This document shows positions 58,553 through 64,000 of a stretch of DNA of 64,000 nt, piece by piece. The position numbers were made by a program, and so were the translations under genes. Numbering within the stretch: the stretch's first letter is position 1; every line of letters begins with the position of its first letter. This DNA is from Epithemia pelagica (taxonomy: Eukaryota; Protista; Bacillariophyta), in assembly GCA_946965045.2 (NCBI GenBank), contig OX337233.1, positions 248,001 to 312,000 on the forward strand, read 5' to 3'. The notes beneath the pieces were generated by a model. It saw only the letters and a program-made list of their open reading frames with translations. It had not been told where the DNA came from and did no database searches.

Positions 58553-59538
58553 TCATGCCGAGGTGAAGAAGGGTGAGATATCATCATCTCGGATACCCAC
58601 ACCTTCAAGAGAATGATGCCATCCGTTCGGTTGCTGCTCACAGAGTCGACGAAAACACCATGAATTTCTATCCAGAAGTGGTAATGTTGCACAGGAAGGA
58701 TTGCGGAGTCCACCAATCACGGCAACTTGATTGGCAACAGTCACCATACTGCAGCCATTGCGGTGATTCACGAATGGTGGGAGATTCCACATGCAGTTGT
58801 GATGCGTATCCAAGACCTCCACGGATGATTCGTATCCTCCAGTCACCACTAGACAAGATCCCACGGCAACCATTGCATAACAACTTCGTGCATTGGAAAG
58901 CCTCAACTCCGACTGAGTGATCCAAGTGGACGAGAAAGACATGAACGTCGAGCCTATCTCCTTTTCTGTCTCATCATTGTCAAAGGGTGTTGCATAGTCC
59001 AAATACTCCACCGAGTCAAGATATTCATTACCGTTCCAACCTCCAACGACAAAGATGCGGTGGCCAATAACCGCACTGGCACACCAATGTCTTGGAACAG
59101 TCATGGATGGTCCCTCAATGACAGTGTGGTTGTTTGTATCTATAATATCCACCGACGACAAATGACGATCGTTGTAGCCACCCATTACAACGATGTATCT
59201 GTTGTGAACCGCGACTGCACCACATCCCCATCGTGGCGTTGATAAGCGACAATTCAATGTTGTCCAATGACTATCCTGCGTGGTGGCGGTTGTTAAGGAT
59301 GATCGAAGCAAATCATTGGCGTCGATTCGTTCCATACAAGCCAAGTATGCTCCATTGTATCCTCCCATCACGTAGACCCCTCCATTGCACGCAAGAGCAG
59401 CATGTCCATAACGTGCCTTGTTCATGGATGGCCCTTCTCGCCACTGCGTTTTTGATTCTGCTAAATTTAATACAAGAACGGAACTGACATCACCTTGGTC
59501 TTGTTGCCATCCACCGAACACGACGACCGTTTGTCGCC

Positions 59539-59622
<84 letters not shown>

Positions 59623-59773
59623 CATTCTTATCGGGATGATGGAGTACAACCGTAGCATGAAGCGAACGCCATCCACCCTCGAGGGGAGGCCAGTTGTTTT
59701 CATTCCATTCTGGTGTCTCGTTCATCAGGACAAGGCCCGACTGCCATGCTTGGTCTTTCAGTGTTGTGGTCAT
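58553..59773 (-). CDS. Kelch-repeat protein, copy K10 (406 aa) with an Asn27 run
   Basis: MTTTLKDQAW start, six Kelch repeats, intact. Confidence 0.95.
59540..59620. repeat. Perfect (GTT)27 microsatellite, coding poly-Asn in K10
   Basis: 81 bp of uninterrupted GTT on + (AAC on the coding strand). Confidence 0.95.
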
Positions 59774-60469
59774 GGTTCCACACAATGACTGCAGCTAAGT
59801 TATGAGGACCGAGACACTGCCTTGTAAGAGGCACGTAGGTTTGCTCTTTTGTTGCGATGCTGATGCTGATGGGTGCGGACTGGAAGCACGACTGACTTGA
59901 CGAAATGGATGGACCAAAGAGGGGTAGCAGTTTTCGTCACGAGACAAATCGTGACCGTTGCTTCGATCGAGCTGTTGTGGTTGACACTGCTTGTGTTGTT
60001 CCATCCTGGTAGTACTGCTGGTCAATGGTCGGAGTCCACAGCATGAAACGTCAGTTTCGTCGCCATGTAAGTTTCGGGATGCGTGGTAGTAGTAGTATAA
60101 AGCGTTTCGTGGTGCCTCTCGCAAAGTACCATGCTCCTTGCCTGCAACCACGGTTTGTTTCCAATCCCCTCTCGTAATAGAACAGCAATTTGTTGGTGGG
60201 TGCCAACAAGAAGAGGTGGTCACCACGTGGCTTTGCGGACCAAGTGGAACATTTCTGGTCGAGTAGTATTCTTTTCCAAGAACAATAAGAAAGATGACAA
60301 AAATGGACAATCCAGTTGCGGCAAGCCTTGCGTTGTTGGAATATACAAACAGGTCCACAGTCCGTCTGGTTGTTGGTTCCTTACGCATACCGAGTCGACC
60401 GAGAAGCAACGACATTGCCCACAGGCCGTGGATCTTCTTATACGTGTCGTTGGGGAGTGGTCGACCAGC

Positions 60470-60790
60470 TGTAAGGGCCACATCGACACGCTTAAAATCG
60501 TACAAGGAACACTGTCCTAACAAGTCCAATGGATTCATGTTGGTTGTTTTGGGTTTCTTAGATTGGAGGTACAACGACTCAAAGGGTGTTTTCCACACCA
60601 ACGTGGTGGCATATAGCCCTGCAACTCGACCTCATTGTTGTCTGTCACAGGTTCCATCTCTAATTCGGAGTCCTCATACAAGATTTGATTGAAGTGACGT
60701 TGCAATTTCCGGGCCACACTGGCCACCGTGTCGTCCGAAAAAGCCAATCAGTCGGCAAATCGATCCCATGATGCGCCATTGAGCTGTTGT
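60470..60790 (-). pseudogene. Second duplicated 5' fragment of the DUF2358/SOUL-like gene
   Basis: AFSDDTVASVARKLQRHFNQILYEDSELEMEPVTDNNEVELQGY followed, after a frameshift, by VWKTPFESLYL; homologous to 12780-13100 and 100-450. Confidence 0.65.
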
Positions 60791-61071
60791 TGACACTGCT
60801 CTTGTTCCACGGTTGATCATTGCAACCTCGTTCTTGTAAGCATCAAAAGTCATCTGGAGCGGTATCGATTGCTGTAAAGTTGCGCAGTGCATGTTGTGAT
60901 GGTGGTGGGGTGGAACTTGGAACTAGCTAGAGATATATGGCCGTCCACATTCCACATCGTCTCCATTGTCGTCGACCCCGTTGTTCTCCGCGCCACAAAA
61001 CATTCCTAGCGTTTCTACCTACCTATTAGTATCTTTTACTGTCATAAAGATCGTAGGTAAAGGCTATAGCT

Positions 61072-61175
61072 ATAGTGCACGTCCATGACTAGCTCCCAGC
61101 GGGAGGTAGTCATGAGAATTCGAAATAGTGCACGTCCATGACTAGCTCCCAGCGGGAGGTAGTCATGAGAATTCG
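61072..61175. repeat. 53-bp direct tandem duplication, each unit containing a 14-bp-stem hairpin
   Basis: ATAGTGCACGTCCATGACTAGCTCCCAGCGGGAGGTAGTCATGAGAATTCG(AA) occurs twice. Stem CATGACTAGCTCCC-AGC-GGGAGGTAGTCATG pairs at 13/14 positions. Confidence 0.9.
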
Positions 61176-62846
61176 TGAATGATTAGTTAGAACACCAAAA
61201 GCACGACACATATGCGACCCGACTCCTCACCCTCTATACTCCGTCGCATCGACCACACGATGACGGCGATGATGAGGACGACGACGACTTGACCTTATCA
61301 ATCAATTTTACCAACGTGTCTCTTCAAGAAGCGATGATTGAGGACAACAACCATGAAGTGGCCTCCTTCAATCCGTGACAATTGAATGGCGAGGCCCAGG
61401 ATCAGTCCCAACATGAAAGGACGAATGGTGGTGGAGCATGAGAGTTTGCATGGACCGGAATCCATTGTTCTCCACGAAACATTCCTAGCGTTTCTAATAT
61501 CTTTTACTGTGCAAAAGATTGTACATACACACTTTTTTATGCACATCCAGAATTAGCCCTCAGCGGGAGTGAGTCATGAGTATTAGTGAATGAGTAGTTT
61601 GAACACCAAAAGCACGACACACATGCGACCCGGTTCCTCACCCCCGCTGGGGACATCGACGACGGACGAACGACGACGTCTTGTCCTTATCAACCAATCC
61701 GTGCAATTGAATGGCGAGGCACCAGGATCAGCCCCAACTTGAAACAACGAATGGTGGTGGAGCACTCAAGTCACAGATCAAGAAGAGCGCAAGTCATTCG
61801 CGAGAGGTTGCATGGACCCTCAAGTTCGAATCCTTCCAATCTACTGAGAGCAAAGATCCGCCAAAAGATGCGATAACTCTCGATGGGGAGTCACTCTTGC
61901 CAATGACACCCTATGGTGGATGGTGGCTGCTCCGTACCATTGCCGTTCTGAATTCTTGAGCCGTGGCACTGGCAATGGATGGGCACCTCAATTTGGGCTC
62001 GTAACCTGGCGGACCAGTGCAAGACGTTTCTCACGAGTCATAGACAAGCCATACAATTGTTGTCTCATCGGTTACGCCATATAATCCGTGCTGCATCGGT
62101 TGCTTCGCGAAGCGACGGTTGATCGTTGCAGGTTGAGACGGACAAGCATCAAAAGTCATCTCGAATTCATGATGTGATCCATGATGCGGCGGTACGATTG
62201 CTGTAAGGTTGCGCAGTGCATGTTGTGATGGTGGTGGGGTGGAACTTGGTATGGCCCACATCGTCCATTGTCGTCGACCCCGTTGTTCTCCACGCCACAA
62301 AACATTCCTAGCGTTTCTACCTAGTATCTTTTACTGTCATAAAGATCGTAGGTACAGGCTATAGTGCACGTCCATGACTAACTCCCAGCGGGAGGTAGTC
62401 ATAAGAATTCGTGAATGAGAAGTTAGAACACCAAAAGCACGACACATATGCGACCCGACTCCTCACCCCCGCTGGGGACTACACCGTCGCATCGACCACG
62501 ATGACGGCAAGATGAGGACGGCGACGACTTGACCTTATCAATCAATTTCACCAACATGTCTCTTCAAGAAGCGATGATTGAGGGGTGAAGAAGTGGAATC
62601 TTTGGCTTCTTCCACCAATTGCAAGGCACGGACCAGACGAACCAACTTGTCGGGAGACAAGTGCTTGTTCCATGGCAATTGCGGAAAGACACGCGAATCA
62701 ATGCCAGCTTCCAAATACAAAATGGCTTGTTCCACAGCTCGTTTTCCAATTCGATCCCGATCCAGCCAAAGCAGTCCCAACCATTCGGGTGGGAGCGACG
62801 GGTCAAAATCGGCTCGTAAAAACAAGCATCGAAAGAGGCTTGCCAC

Positions 62847-63999
62847 CACGGTTACGTCATGCACCCGACACGGGAGAATCAACAGGTAAAGAATCGATTA
62901 TGGGAAAGGGTCCCATCGCCCTTCCACATCGACCAGACGAAGATTCGCAACACCAACCAGAATCCAACGAAGAAGAACAACAAAAGTTCTTTAAGACTAC
63001 AGCCGAGACATGATCGGCGCCATTCGTGGTCGTGGTTTTGTTGTTGGTACTGCTGAGTTTGGTACGAGGCTTAAATGCGGTAGTGATCGAAGTCCAACAC
63101 TGCTGCTCGACATTGTTATAATCGTGCAACAAGGTTTGGCGGAACTGTCATTGAGGGGCAAGACATCGCGATGGGGAGCAGCTTGTTTCCAGGCATTAGC
63201 ATTCGAACGATGGGGAGCAGCTTGTTTCCAGGCATTAGCATTCGAACGAGCAATAGTGCGACAGGGAATAGCGGTGGTGGAGGTTTCCTGATTCGTTGTC
63301 GTTGTCGTCGCCGCCGTCAATGCTCCGACTTCCAAGATGGAATTGAACACAGCCGGTTCCACGGCAATAGCGCCGTCAGCAGTTTCGTCCAATTTAGGTA
63401 CTTCTTCATTTGTGGCTGCGTTCGTAGTTCGGAAGGTTGTGGGGTGGCAACGACGAGACTCGATTCCGTGTTGCCGTTCGGTCCATTGCGAGCAAATTAC
63501 CGACCTCATGATATAGAATAGTTGCTGTATTGGAGGAAATATCGAACACGTCGGTGCGAAAGATTCCAAAGGATTCGCAATTGTCCTGTCACCCAAAACC
63601 GCCACGAGCATCGAAAGACGGGGTACTGTCCTCTTGCGCAGGCATTAGCCATAGAAGGACCGGACTCCACACAATTAAACGCATGGTCGGAACGAAGATG
63701 ACCGTCCAAATAAGTCGCTGCGCCATGTTGTTTCAGGCACGCAACCATAATCTTCCACAGCATGATAACTCGACTCATTCAACAGCAGAGAGGCATGGTA
63801 CCATGGGCATCTTTACCCAAAGCCTGGCTCCACTCCTGTTTGCGGTGTCATGCCGGATAGTGTAACTTTCGTTTTCTACTAGTACAACGGTGTACATGAT
63901 ATCTCTATAGGTCGCAATGTCACGAAGAAAACAATCCAACTACTGTTTGAGAGTAAAATGATGATGCTATAATTCCACTATTGTTACGACATACATGCA
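62847..63999. repeat. Duplicate of 1152-2269; a further Kelch gene probably ends just beyond the window
   Basis: The last ~150 bp match the sequence immediately 3' of the K1 stop codon. Confidence 0.85.
63172..63249. repeat. 39-bp perfect tandem duplication (SNANAWKQAAPHR x2 on the minus strand)
   Basis: TGGGGAGCAGCTTGTTTCCAGGCATTAGCATTCGAACGA occurs twice; the paralog at ~1480-1520 has one copy. Confidence 0.95.
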
Positions 64000-64000
64000 A

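Noticed and set aside
2286-59773. Diversity-generating retroelement acting on the Kelch genes
   Set aside because: There is no DGR-type RT and no template/variable repeat pair. K3/K5 differences involve all four bases, not adenines only.
2682-59788. Numerous 60-160-aa plus-strand ORFs overlapping Kelch, pol and transposase genes
   Set aside because: These are antisense or alternate-frame shadows of real genes, with low-complexity composition and no independent motifs.
59795-60601. 268-aa ORF as a real membrane protein gene
   Set aside because: It is a concatenation of the SOUL fragment and other spacer modules that are frameshifted in their paralogous copies.
1-64000. CRISPR array or other prokaryotic defence locus
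   Set aside because: There are no regularly spaced short repeats with unique spacers. The repeats are segmental duplications and the gene content is eukaryotic.

Overview
Eukaryotic DNA, most likely from a diatom. That is an inference from the CoDi-type Ty1/copia element, the intron-poor genes and the AAC/GAC microsatellite-rich ORFs. The window is a tandem gene-family array: nine intact, intronless, same-strand genes for stand-alone six-bladed Kelch beta-propeller proteins (about 360-410 aa), plus two Kelch fragments. The spacers are a patchwork of duplicated modules and dead gene relics (ankyrin, DUF2358/SOUL-like). Single-copy residents are a GT10 alpha-1,3-fucosyltransferase-like gene and a frameshifted P-loop NTPase plus PD-(D/E)xK-like nuclease gene of the Crinkler-associated type. 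Two large mobile elements sit in the conserved upstream module of Kelch genes. The first is a 6,110-bp DNA transposon (40593-46702) with 23-bp TIRs. It encodes an intact 1139-aa RAG1/Transib/Chapaev-like DDE transposase and a convergent 566-aa protein of unknown function, a tail-to-tail layout reminiscent of ProtoRAG. The second is a 6,381-bp copia LTR retrotransposon (48827-55207) with apparently identical 153-bp LTRs ending TA...TA, a 4-bp TSD and inactivated protease and RT. Two ~380-bp CTAC...GTAG elements share a stem-loop conserved by compensatory substitutions. The best leads are the two-ORF RAG1-like transposon, the Kelch repertoire whose variation concentrates at inferred ligand-face loop positions, and the covarying-hairpin elements. 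All family assignments rest on motif recognition by eye; no searches were run.
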